Notes under the pieces: model-generated
The model's input: the letters and a program-made list of their open reading frames with translations, nothing else
Database searches by the model: none
Told to the model about the DNA's origin: nothing
Shown here: positions 11,176-23,591 of the stretch, piece by piece
How the letters are laid out: each line of letters opens with the position of its first letter
How positions within the stretch are numbered: the stretch's first letter is position 1
Assembly: GCA_013239625.1 (NCBI GenBank)
Contig: MU053365.1
Location: 310,001 to 374,000, forward strand
Length of the DNA stretch: 64,000 nt
Direction of reading: 5' to 3'
Source of the DNA: Lama guanicoe
Taxonomy: Eukaryota
Program-made: the position numbers and the translations under genes

Positions 11176-12756
11176 TTAGATTCCACATATGAGCAATCTC
11201 ATATGGTATTTTTCTTCCTCTTTCTGGCTTACTTCAGTTAGAATGACGTTCTCCAGGAACATCCATGTTGCTGCAAATGGCGTTATGTTGTCAGTTTTTA
11301 TGGCTGACTACTATTCCATTGCATAAATATACCACCACTTCTTTATCCAGTCATCTGTTGATGGACATTTAAGTTGTTTCCATGTCTTGGCTATTGTAAA
11401 TAGTGCTGCTATGAACATTGGGGTGCAGGTGTCTTTTTGAAGTAGGGTTCCTTCTGGATATATGCCCAGGAGCGGGATTCCTGAATCGTATGGTAAGTCT
11501 ATTCCTAGTCTTTTGAGGAATCTCCATACTGTTTTCCACAGTGGCTGCACCAAACTGCATTCCCACCAGCAGTGTAGGAGGGTTCTCTTTCCTCCACAGC
11601 CTCTCCAGCATGTGTCATTTGTGGATTTTTGAATGATGGCCATTCTGACTGGTGTGAGATGATACCTCATTGTAGTTTTGATTTGCATTTCTCTGATATT
11701 TTCTATCGTTTTTTAAATCTCTATTTTATTTATTTCCTCCCTGATCTTTATTATTTCCTTCCTTCTGCTGCCTTTTGGGGTTTTTTGCTCTTCTTTTTCT
11801 AATTCTTTTAGCTGGTGGGTTAGATTGTTTATTTGAAATTGTTCTTCTTTTTTGAGGAAGGCCTGTATCACTATAAAATTCCCTCTTAGCACTGCCTTTG
11901 CTGTTCCCCATAAATTTTGTGTGGTTGTGTTTTCATTTTCATTCGTCTCAAGGTATTTTTTAATTTCAACTTTGATTTCATCATTGACCCATTGGTTTTT
12001 TTAATAGCATATTGTTTACTCTCCATGTTTTCCTTTTTTTCCTCCTTTGTTTCACTGTTGTTGATTTCCAGTTTCATGGCATTGTGGTCAGTAAAGATGC
12101 TTGAGATAATTTCTATCTTCTTAAAATTGTTGAGGTTTCTTTTGTGCCCAAGTACATGATCGATCCTGGAAAATGTTCCATGTGCACTTGAAAATAATGT
12201 ATATCCTATTTTTAGGGGTGTAATACTCTGAAAATATCCACCAAATCTAATTTTTCTATTGCATTATTTAATTTCTCTGTTGCCTTATTTATTTTCTGTC
12301 TGGAAGATCTGTCTAGTGATGTTAATGCAGTGTTAAAATCTCCAACTATGATTGTATTTCCATCAATATCCCCTTTTATCTCTGTTAGTAATTGTTTTAT
12401 GTACTTAGGTGCTCCTATGTTGGGTGCATATATATTAACAAGTGTAATATCCTCATCTTGTATTACTCCTTTAATCATTATAAACTGTCCTTCTTTATCT
12501 TTCTTTATGGCCTTTGTTTTAAAGTCTATTTTGTTTGAAATCAGTACTGCTACACCTGCTATTTTGGCTTTTCCATTTGCATAGAACATCCTTTTCCATC
12601 CTTTCACTCTCAGTCTATATGTGCCCTTCTCCCTAAAGTGCAGCATATTGAAGCTTCTTGCTTTATTATCCAGTCTGGCACTCTACGTCTTTTGACTGGA
12701 GCACTTAGTCCATTAACATTTACAGTAATTAATGACAGATGTGTGTTTATTGCCAT
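11176..12756 (-). pseudogene. L1 ORF2 remnant: APE endonuclease plus C-terminal Cys-rich region, no RT
   Basis: EN motifs VNIYAPN, IVGDFNT, SLDRSSRQKI; C-terminal [29 protein letters not shown]; nothing RT-like between them. Confidence 0.88.
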
Positions 12757-13202
12757 TTTGAACTTATTTTTGCAGTTGATTTGGTATTTCCTCTTTGTCC
12801 CTTTCTTCTTCCTTTTGTGGTTTAGTAATTTTCCTTTCTATTATCATGGATCTTATTTAGTTTTTGTGACTCTTTAGTTGTAGATTTAGTTGTAGATGTA
12901 GTTTAGATTTAGTTGTAAGTTTTTGGCTTGTGGCTACCCTTTTTTGTGAATCTATTAGCCCATTACTATAACTGTTTTTATTAAACTGATAGTAATATAA
13001 TCCCAAACCCATCCTACCGAGAACAAAGAATTTTAAAAAAGAAAGAAAAAAAAATACTCTATATTTTCTTGCTTCCTTCTCCCACTCTTAATGATTTAGA
13101 TGTCTTCTTTTACAATTTCATGTTTATTTTATTTGTAATTCATGAGTTATCACCTTTCCAGTTATGAGTTTCTCATTTCTGTAGCATCCTGCTTCTTTTC
13201 TA

Positions 13203-14105
13203 TTTAGAGTAGACCTATCAATACTTCTTTTAGCATGGGTTTAATGTTGCTAAACTCATAGTTTTTGCTTGTCTGAGAAATTCTTTATCTCTCCTTCTAT
13301 CCTAAAGGATAGCCTTGCTGGATAGAGTATCCTAGCCTGCATCTTTTTTTTCATTCAGGACTTTGAATATATCTTGCCACTCCCTTCTGGCCTGTAGTGT
13401 TTGGGTAGAGAAATCAGCTGAGAGCCTTATGGGGGTTCCCTTGTAACTCACTCTTTGTTTTTCTCTTGCTGCCCTTAGGATCATTTCTTTATCCTTGACT
13501 CTGGCCATCTTGATTATGATATGTCTTGGTGTGGGTCTGTTTGGGTTCTTCCTGTTTGGGACCCTCTGAGCTTCCTGTACTTGGATATCTGATTCCTTCT
13601 TTAGATAGGTTTGGGTTCAGTCATGATTTCTTCCAATACCTTTTCAATCCCCTTTGTTCTTTCTTCCCCTTCTGGAATCCCTATTACGCATAGATTGGCA
13701 CGCTTTATATTATCCCATAGGTCTCTTATGTTGTCTTCATTAGTTTTTATTTGTTTATCTTGTAGCTCTTCTGATTGGGTGCTTTCTGTTGTCCTGTCTT
13801 CTAGGCCACTTATTCGTTCCACTGCATTATCCAGTCTGCTTTGTACAGCCTTTAGATCAGTTCTCACCTCAGCCAATGAGCTTACCAATTCTACTTGGCT
13901 CTTCTCTATAGCTTCAATTTCATTTTTGACATATTTTGTTATCTCTAAACACTATCTCTTTTAATTCCTTCAGTATTTTGATCACTCCTTTTTTGAAATC
14001 TTGATCTAGTAGGCTATCAATGTCTATTTCATTGATTGCTCTTTCAGGGAATTTCTCTTGTTCTTTTAAATGGGGATGGTTCCTCTGCTTCTTCATATTG
14101 CTCAT
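13203..14105 (-). pseudogene. L1 ORF1p, frameshifted
   Basis: ORFs 13920..14105 and 13601..13888 align to ORF1 of copy A; IRLSADFSTQTLQARREW motif further on. Confidence 0.88.
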
Positions 14106-17100
14106 ATCTCTCTGGCACTGGCTTATGGAGTATCAGTTAACTATTGTGGTCCTTAAGGAGTTTATTTATTTATCTATGTAATGCCTATGTAGGAGTAAAA
14201 CTTTAAAAAAAGGAGATAGAGAAAGAGAATTTTAAAAGAAGGGAGAAAAAAGGTTTGAAAACAGTGTATAATGAATAATAGAAGAGCAAGTTGAAGCAGA
14301 ATAGCAATCGGGTTGAGACGTCTTTTAAAAACCTTTAAAAAAGGAGAAAAGAGGAAAAAAGATATTTGAAACCTGTGTATAATCAATAACAGGAGATCAA
14401 AACCAAGAGAAATAAAAATGAAATGAGGTGGTTTTTTAAAAAAATAATAATAATAATGATATTTTCAAAGAAAAATTTAAAAGGGATTAAAACTAGAAGC
14501 ATATATAATTCTTTAAAAAGTAAAAATTAAAAGGTAATAGAAAATAGAACAGGTAGAAACATTTTTTAAAAAAAAGGGGTGGGGGTTGGTGTTCTCCTGG
14601 AGACTGTGTGCTTTTAATGTGAAGTCTTTGTGTCTTCGTCCTGTTTTGGAAGCTCAGCTTGCTGTTTCCAGAGGCCCTCCGTTGGCCCCCTCTTCTGTGC
14701 TGCTCCCAGCATCTGTTGGCAAGCAGATCGCGCCCCCTCCCAACACTGGGTCAGGTGCAGCTGTCCTTGGCTGTGGGCGGCGGGTCGCTGCCCCTCCCGA
14801 TGCCGCAGTCACATGTTGCAGACTGGCCAGGTGGGAGGGCGGGTGGTGCCCTCTCCTAGCACTGTGGTCAGGGGTTGCGTTCCTGCCTGACAGGCGGGGG
14901 GCCGCCTGCCCTCTCCCTGCGCCTGTTGCTCCGCTGCTCTGTGCTGCTGCGCGCTCCGCCTCGGGTCGGCGCTCCGCAGGTGGGCTCGGGGAAGACCGAG
15001 GGACAGCCTTGTCCCGGCTCCGGGCCAGAACCCAGCTCCTTGTTTGTCTTGGCGGAGGGACCAGGACGGAAGGCTCCTATCTGCCCCGGGCTGTAGGCCC
15101 GTCTCCGTCTGGCCTTTGAGGCTGCTGAGCCCTTCGGTGCGGATGCAGGTTGCGCCCCCGCCCCCGCCTGGGTGCTCAGCGCCGGAGGATATGGTGGCCG
15201 CGCCTGAGCCCCGCCTCTCTTCCCCCGAAACCTTTCCGCGGGTTCTCAGAGATGGGGTGTGCACCCTCCCCCCCAGGGCACATCAGCCGTGCTGTTTCAT
15301 GGAGGGCCCAGGTGGTTCTGCCCTGTGCACCCACAGCCACGGTGCGCAGCCCCCTGCAGTCCCCCGGAGCTGCCTCCGTGCAGCCCCCCGCGTCCCCTGC
15401 CCGGCTCGGGCGGCCTGGCCCGGCCGGCCGCTGCCGGCCCGCGTCTCGGGCTGGGTGTCGCGGGGACCCTCTGTGCCCGTTTAACTTAGTTCTGTCGGTC
15501 AAGGGCTGCTCTGTACAGATCCAAGCCTCGGAGGCTCCCCGTCCATCCTGCTGGCCTCTCGGTTGGAGAGGGGAGCCCCAGCGAGCGAGCGCCAGTCCTC
15601 CATTGCCGCTCCCTCCCCGCGGGACCCGTCCCGCGCTGCTTTGCCTTTTGTTCTTTCTTTTTTCCTTTTCTCCTACCAGATTTTTGGCGTCTCTATCTTT
15701 TGAAAAGGGCGATGTTCTGTCGGAGTTCTGCAGGTGCTCTGGTTGGCTGAGTGGGTCTGTGGACGTGGGTCTCGGTGCATATGTGGGAGAGGGTGAGCCA
15801 CCAGCGTCCTTCTACTCCGCCATCTTGGCTTCCCCCTCATGAAGGAATTCTCTTATGTTATTCTACTATTTTATTTTCTACAACCTTTATTGTTTTTCCT
15901 TTAAAGTTTAAATCAATAATCCATGTGAAATTGATTTGGTGTGCTTGCATATCTTTTAGTTCTGGAACATTCTCAGCCATTAACTCTCCAAATATTTCTT
16001 CTCTGCCATTTCCTTACTTCTGTTAAGTCTTAAGACATGTATGTTTGCGTTTCTAAGTCTATCCTGTACATCTCTTAACTTTTTTAAAACTTTTTTTCAT
16101 ATACTTTCTAATATTGCTCTCTCTGTGCTGTTAGGTGAGTTCTTCAGGATTATCCTCCAGTTTACTAATTTGGTCTTTGATCCTTGACTCTTTCCCATCT
16201 ACTGAGTCTTATTTCAGTATCTCTGCATATCTCTGTCTCTTTCTTTTTCTGTCTCTCTCTCTGTTCCTCTCCTTTTATATGTATTTTTCCTATATATGTT
16301 TATATATAATTTCCACTATTTCAGATTTCTAATTGTTTTATTTCCCCACATATCATTTTCATGATTTATTGTTCATTTTATCAGTTACTCTTCCCTTTTT
16401 CTCTCTGAGGCTTATAAATATACTTATTTCAAAGTCCCTATGGAATGATTTTCCACTTGCCTTCATCCAGCCCCCCGGGCCCAGAGGCCAGCAAAGGGCG
16501 CCCCTCTCCTCCCTGAGACTGGGAATATCACAGGCCCACCGGCAGCCAGGCCACAGCCTGGCCGAGCAGGGTGTTCTGCTTGCGCCCACGCGCCTGGGTG
16601 CGCAGCGTAGCTCTCTATAAGCAGTGGTTCCAGGCACACTGAATCTCAGCTGGTTTCAGTCCCTTTTCTCAGTGGGCAAGCCCTGCTGCAGCCCATTACT
16701 TCAAGCAGAAAGCCTTGCTTCTTTTTTCCATACTGTGTGATGCCTTCCAGTGCCCGTTACCCACTGGATGGTGAACTCTCAGACACTTCTCGGTGTTTTC
16801 AAAACCAGTGCCCTGCAGACCCACCGGCCACCTCATCCTTGCTTGCTACCTTGCTTTTCTATCCCATTTTAAGTCTAGAGATACTATTTTGTTTTGGAGT
16901 GTGGTTACATTTTCCTTTTAATTTTCTGTCTGCATTTCATTTCACGTTGGTGTGTGTATGGAAAGTGAGAAGGGAAGGGAGATGGGAGATGGCAGGACAC
17001 GGCTCAAAGTATGAACGTACAACGCCGTCCTGCGTACAAGTCTCCATTTTTTTTCTTTGCAAAAATACTCCTGCATAAAACATTGAACCGGGGCTATCCT

Positions 17101-18499
17101 TTTTTATAATCTGCTGTATCTTGAACATTTCCACATACCATTAAACACTATTTGACAACAGCACACGTCTATTCATGCTGCTCAGACTGGACTGTGGTTA
17201 TCGCATGTATGTTCCCCTGCTAGACTGTGACACTGGAGGGTCAGGCTTTGTTCATCTCTTTCTATATCCTCAGGGCTTAGCACAGAGCAGGCCTCAGGGA
17301 ATATGTACCCAATGAATGAATGAGTCAGTGAATAAGTGACCTTTGACTCCTACTACGTGCAAACTATTGAATTAGACTTACTGTGTGATTGCTTGCAGGG
17401 GTGTATGCTGATGCGTAACTGACAACATTCCAGGCCCAAGGGACTAGTGATATATTTAGAAGCTGACAACCAAATTGATGATTAAGGTGTTGTTTTTCAC
17501 GCTGTCTCTATGTCTCTGTCTTTCTTACTCATATAACTCCATCATTTAGCTCCGCAGTCCTTCCTGGGCCCTGATACCTGGGTAACCTCAGAGTAAGCAG
17601 TCACACTTGCTGGAAACTCCTAGAGTTGGAGTAAAGCCAAGACATTTCCTATTGGGAAGAGTTCCTGTATCAAAACAGCTAACAATGAATTGTCCTTTCT
17701 TTTGTTTTCTAAGGCATGATTGCTGAGGCTGGGAATCCCAGACTTAATACCTGGGGCCCTCTTAACAGCTTCTATCTGATGAAAACTTTGCAGTTCTTAA
17801 AGATTCCCCCAATGTAATTTAGGATTCTTAATGCTTTTCATTGTCTTTTTTCCTGTTATAGGCTTACATCCTGTAAATCTGGAAGCTGCTCACCCTGGAT
17901 GCTGTCAACCACTAAAAATGTCAATATGTTTCAAATAAGTACTGTTGCATCTCATAAAAATCTGTTCCTCGTGAAAATCCTCCATTAAATCAATATCATC
18001 CATTATTAGTGTGCTACGTGCTATATTTCACAGAAACATGGAGACTATGAGAGGCCAGGAAATCATGTAGTCAATCAAAGCTTTGCCTAATAAAATCAGG
18101 GAATGCAAATCAACCTCAACAGCTCTCTCCATCTATTGCTTTGGCCCCAGAGTTAATCACCATTGTCCTAGATCTTGTATTTGTAACATGGTTCCCCAAC
18201 TTTGGGGGAATATTATGGAGAGCTCAGACTCAGCTGTTAGAACCTAGAAGAGCAGAGTCTGTTTTGCACAGTGCAGCTAGACATGCAAAAATGCTAAAAA
18301 GACAGATCTATTCCTCTTGTTAATCTTTCTTCCCTGAGCTTTGACCTCTACGCGTTTGGTACCTTCACCCGCTGCAGTCCCGTTGAATCTCAAGCTATGT
18401 CAGCCTTAACAAGGTGGTTGGTAGTCGGGATGCTGGAAGACACAGTGGAGAACTTTAACCCTGTTCATGCCTATTTTTAATGTTAGCCCATGTAAACTT

Positions 18500-18800
18500 G
18501 GGCCATACATTTTGAATAACACTTGGTTTTCTAACAGATAAACCTCCCACATGTCAATATGTTGCAGTGCACTGTGGATGTTGCTGGTTGGCAGCCTTTC
18601 TTCCACCCAGGGGCACAGAATCCTTTCATCTTGTGGCTATGCTACTGCTAAGACCTCAGAGAACTCTACTTCCAGGCAGCAGAAATGGAAATCAAAGCTG
18701 GAAAAGTCATACTTGCCTAGAAGCAGCAACTCAAATTCTCCTCACTGTGTTGATGGGAGCTAGCCTCAGCTCCACCTAGATTTAAGGAGAGCTTGGAAAG
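18500..18800 (-). mobile_element. Old MaLR (MLT1-type) LTR fragment
   Basis: cccaggggcacagaatcctttcatcttgtggctatgc..gagctagcctcagctccacctagatttaaggagagcttggaaa resembles reverse MLT1J. Confidence 0.45.
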
Positions 18801-19789
18801 CGTCTCCTGCTGTGATCCCTCCTTCAGACATGAACAAGCTTGTCATCCGTGCCCGTTCCCACCCCTCAGGAGGTCACCTAATTTGGAACACTTTCTGAAT
18901 TTTTCTGAGACACTCCTTTGGTGCCCAGGAGTAGCCAAGGTCATTTAAGTGTCATCCAGGCATTGTATCCCGGGCCTAGGATAGGTCCTGGGTGGGTTCT
19001 GATCACTACAAAGGCTTTCCTTGAAAATGTCTAAGTTCCCTTCCAGTGACAGGGACCAGCCAGAATGGCAGTGCCATCTGAGCAGGGCACACTGAACTTA
19101 GAGACCCACACAGGTCCCAGTCCCCATTTCTTCTCTCCGGGTACCCTTCGCCTATTTTGCTGTGGTGCCCTCATGCCTGATCATGGGTCAACCAGATGCC
19201 CCAAGAAGCTCCTGAACTCATATCTATGGATTGTGCCAGTGTGTTGTGTGGCATTTCTTTCCTGACATTGTGCAAGAGTGGGCTGTGACAATAGTGTGAC
19301 ATGCTGCCCAGGGGCTCTGTGCACAGCGGACGTGGCTTCCACTCAGCTCGGGCTGAATGTAGCGCTCCTCCTTGGGCTGAAAGCAGAATGGCCTCCTTTT
19401 GGTGAACCTTTCCTTGTCCCCTGTGTTCAGCCCTACTCCAGGCAACTCATTCATTCATTCATTCATTCAGCCCTTTGCTCAGCAAATATCAAATGAGAGC
19501 CTACCAGGTACCAACTCCATCCTCACAAAGTTTACAGACACAGTGACACAGGTCCCAGAGTCTGGGGGGCCTGTCACCCATTTTAAAGGGAGTGGCATGA
19601 AAATGAAGTTGAAGAAGGATGCTTGATGTGGGCTCCCTGCACCCACTGGAGCCAGGGTAACATTTGGGGGCTCCTGTAAGGTCAAACCCACTTGCATTAT
19701 TTGCCTTTTTCACTGTGTTGATACAGACACTGACAGTGCAAAAGCAGCAGCAGGTCCCACTGCTGGCACCTGAGCACGAATCAAGCCAA

Positions 19790-20859
19790 TGGCCCCAAAC
19801 CATACTAGTAATTTTTGGATTCTTTACTGCTATGCATTTGCAGTTAGCCAAAAAAAAATCCAGTTTCACTTAAGAATGTCCTTGATAAAAGTAGAAAAAC
19901 AATTACTAATTTTCTGAAAGCTCACCCTTCAGTCTAGGTCTGTTTAAGACTGTGTGACAAAGAGGGGACTGCGTAAAGCCAATGTTACACAGTGTGATAC
20001 GGTGATGGCCTCAAAGCAAGCTGAACAGGCTGCCTTTTCTTTTTTCCACAGAACTTCATTTTTACTTGAGAGAATGAGGGACAAATCATGGTGATTGAAA
20101 GTTGGGCATTCAGTAGACATTTTCCTGGCAATGAACAAAGTGACTCCATTATTTCAAGGAAAACACCTGGCAGTAACTTTTTTCCAATGATGACATTGGA
20201 GCTTTCCAGCAAAAGTTAGAATATTGGAAAACTGGGATCCACCACTGTGAGCTCGACAGCTTCCCAATACTTAGACTCTCCCATGAGATGGGTGGTGCTG
20301 TTAACAAATGGGACTTTCAGCTATTGCATACTGAAAGGGGTCATCATTTGGAAGCCTGAGCTAGCTTGGGGCTACTTGCAGCTCTCTTTCATTGAGATGA
20401 TATTAAAAGTTTGCCAAAATGTCAGTGTAACCCTTCTCTTGTCACTGACCATTTTTATTTTGGAAAATATAGTTTCTTTTCTTAAAAAATATGTTATTTA
20501 TGTTACTATGGACTGGGTTTATTTTATTTTAAAGTGAATTAACACATTAATATTTTTTAAAATCTCAGGGATTTTTTTTTGCCTTTTTCTTTTTTTATAT
20601 TAAAGTCTCATTGATTTACAATGGTGTGTTAGTTTCTGGTGTACAGCATAGTGATTCAGTTATACATTATATATATATACATATATATATAATATATATA
20701 TTTCCATATTCTTTTTCATTATAGGTTATTACAAAAAAAATCTCAGTTTTAATTTCTAATATGGTAGGTGATGCTAGACATAACACAAGCTCTTCAGGGT
20801 GCTGAATGATTTTGAAGAATATAACAAGTTCCCAAGACCAAAACGCTTCAGATCTACTG
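19790..20859 (+). mobile_element. Charlie1-type hAT DNA transposon remnant
   Basis: gttgggcattcagtagacattttcctggcaatgaacaaagtg..tttcaaggaaaac and terminus ccaagaccaaaacgcttcagatctactg; interrupted by an L1 fragment. Confidence 0.7.
20569..20736 (-). mobile_element. Short L1 3' end inserted in Charlie1
   Basis: ttgatttacaatggtgtgttagtttctggtgtacagcatagtgattcag; TSD aaaatctcag 20559-20568 and 20737-20746. Confidence 0.8.
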
Positions 20860-23004
20860 AGGCAGAGGGAGGAGGGAGGCATTAAAACGCTCAGATCACT
20901 TAGCACAGGTGGTATGGGAGCTTCTTGTCGGTCTCCCCTTGAAGAGGGAGCCTGTCACATTCATTTTTGGATCCTCTGTGGCTGGTGTGGTCCTGGGCAC
21001 ATAGTGGGCGTGCAGTGACTGGAGAGCTTCAGAGAAGTTTGGGGCTGGGAAGTCAAGCAGAGCTTTTCAGTTCTGCATGAAGCCAGACCTGGGTGGGACT
21101 AACCAGTGAGGACATCCCTAAGGACCCGGTCCAGCAACTTGAGACGTGCCGCTTATGCTGCAGGATCAGCGGCCGGGGCCCGTGTTCCGGGCTTCTCTCA
21201 GGCTGATCCAGTTGGCCAGGCTGAGCCCTGAATCCCCAGGAGAAGGGCTGTTACAGGATGAAGAAACCTCAACGGGTGTGTTTCTCTTGGCTCCGCAGCG
21301 AGGACCCAGTTCAAAGGGAAATGGGCATCCATCCTCCTTGGTGGCTGCCACCATGCGGACCAGGCTTACGCAGAATCTCGTTTATTTCATCCCGTCTGGC
21401 CCGAATTTCAGCACCTCATGCACACTCTGTAATGGTCATTGTCATGTGCAACAGGCAGAATGTGTTGGTCAGTGTCCCGCAGAGAGAAAGCCGAGGACCC
21501 GGCCATTCCTTCCACGCAGGTGCAGACAGGCGGCTCCCATGGAACAATCCTTAGTGGTTCTGCCGGGCCAGAGCCAGGGCAATTTCTTATTAGACAGACA
21601 TGAACATCCCTGTGGACTTTCAAATGTTAATACAGCCCTATAAATGCTTTGGAGCGTTTGGAATCTGGGCTGTTGTTTGATAGGGCAGCAGCTGGTCTGC
21701 CTGACACCCACGGGAATTGGATCAATTGAGAAACATGCCCCCAGCTTTCTCGGCCAGAGAGCCCCACCGGATCTGTCCTGTTCCTGAACATTCTTCCAAT
21801 GTATTGTTTCCAAATTAGCCCAAGTGTGTGCTTTTTAATATCCTCCCCACCATGAACTTCCTGCTTTATAATCTTGACATCTTCCATATGAAGGAGACCT
21901 TCATTTCTCCACCCCTCATCTTAGACTAACTTGTTGGTCCTCGTGGGGATCAACTTTCTGCCTGGCCCTTCTGGGATCCCCAGACCCCCCTCTTGGCATG
22001 AACCAGCCCTTGATTGGCCGTTGTCTTATCTGCCTGGGGAAGGGCCTTGATGGCTCTCATATGCCCCTTTGTAGTGATCCAGGCATGAGCAGAAAGCGGC
22101 GCTGATTTTGGCCGGGCCCCACTTTTGGGACTTGTCAGGGAGAGGGAGGCCTCGTACAGAGCTTCCTCCCAGGAGATCTGCGGCTCCGCACGTCTGGCTT
22201 ACGATATCACTTGGTGTTCAAGTGGGACATGGCAGCCTGTGGGCCTGGCAACCTTTTAGGAAAGCTTGGCTTTCTCTTTTGCAAAAATAGGGTGCGTCGT
22301 GTGGCTCTGGGAAGGGAAGCATTAAGTAGACAAAGGAGAAGTTCGGGGATTTCAAGGTAACGGTTACTTTCAGAACACCACCTCGCGGGCAGGCAAGGCC
22401 TTGTGCTAATCGCCAGGAGGAAAAGGATGAGGAACACAAAAGTGAAGGTGGTTTTGCCAGGCAAAGATGAGGGACAGGCATGTCAGGTAAAGAGAATAGT
22501 GTGGGCAGAGGGGGTCACAAGGTATCATTTTCGGAGACTGGAAAGCATTCGGATATGTCCAGAGTGGAGGAGTGTGTGAGTGACAGTTGGGGGTGGTGGG
22601 AGGTGAAAGCTAAGATCTACGAGAGACTCGGCTGGAACAGGAGTTTCTTGAGTTAGGCATTCATCCTCTACGTCGCATTTCCTGCACAATGTTTCTTGGA
22701 ATGCTGGGACATTTCATTCACTGCCTTCCCTTCATCACCATGGAGGGACTGTCAGCACTCCTGTCCAGGGTGCACCCCACCACTTTTTAGTCCATCCCCT
22801 CCCTGGTCATCTTCACTCCCTACCTGAGCAGCACTGACCACCTGAGTCCTAGACAGATGAGTTTAGTTTGCGCACTACTTGTCTTCACTGGAACAGAAGC
22901 TCCACAAGGGCAGGGATTTTGTCTTTTTGTTTGCAGCAATGTATTCTCAACACCTAGAGAATTCACAGCACAAGAAAAGCACTCCATCAAGAGTTGCTGA
23001 ATGA

Positions 23005-23273
23005 CTATAGTTCCCTGTGCTGCACAGTAGGACTTGTTGCTTATCTCTTTTATACATAGTAGTGTGTGTCTGCTAATCCCAAGCTCCTAACTTACCCTTG
23101 TAGTAACCTATAATGAAAAAGAACGAGAGCAGGAATACGTGTCTGTACATGTATGACTGAAACATGCTGCTGTGCACCAGAAACTGACACAACATTGTCA
23201 ACTGACTATACTGCAATGAAAATATAAAAGACAAAAATTTGCAGATTTAAAAAAATAAGTAAAAGCACCAAAA
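23005..23273 (+). mobile_element. Short 5'-inverted L1 3' end (twin-priming structure) inserted in an L2 tail
   Basis: 23005-23096 antisense and 23097-23273 sense 3' UTR; TSD aagagttgct(g/a)aatga 22989-23004 and 23274-23289. Confidence 0.82.
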
Positions 23274-23399
23274 AAGAGTTGCTAAATGAAGGAAGTTCAC
23301 AGTTGTTCAACAAAAGCTATTGTCAGATACATCTGGGAACTTGAGGGTTAACCCTCGTTAAACAGCTTTCCTTTTCCAGAGTCTTTAATATGTTAACAC

Positions 23400-23530
23400 G
23401 CAGGTGGGAGATGATGGTGGCTTGGACCAGAGTGGAGGCAGTGGACATGGAAAGATGGAGATGTCTTATGGATCTGTATTGGATGGAGAGTTGACAGGAC
23501 TTCTTGATGAACAGGATATGAGTGATTACG
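23400..23530 (-). mobile_element. L2 fragment
   Basis: caggtgggagatgatggtggcttggaccagagtggaggcagtggacatggaaag..gagttgacaggacttcttgatg, typical reverse L2. Confidence 0.7.
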
Positions 23531-23550
23531 GAAAGGGAAAAATGAGAGAG

Positions 23551-23553
<3 letters not shown>

Positions 23554-23589
<36 letters not shown>
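23554..23589. repeat. (GT)18 microsatellite
   Basis: Direct reading. Confidence 0.95.

Positions 23590-23591
<2 letters not shown>

Larger units (their letters stand above)
10828..15836 (-). mobile_element. Camelid L1 copy B (~5 kb): intact 5' end, ORF1, ORF2 endonuclease joined to the ORF2 C-terminus, RT domain deleted
   Basis: TSD tcatgaagg(t/a)attctcttat 10808-10827 and 15837-15856; YY1 motif 15817-15827; ORF1 from 14105; ORF2 ATG 12756 (MAINTHLSLITVNVNGL; IIVGDFNT in ORF 12212..12646); deletion junction ~11695. Confidence 0.93.

Noticed and set aside
16470..16640. Small CpG-rich patch with a tataag motif, promoter-like
   Set aside because: Too short for an island, probably a decayed old L1 5' region, and no downstream exon evidence
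21146..21643. 165-aa intergenic ORF
   Set aside because: Non-ATG start, no recognisable domain, composition typical of random GC-rich ORFs
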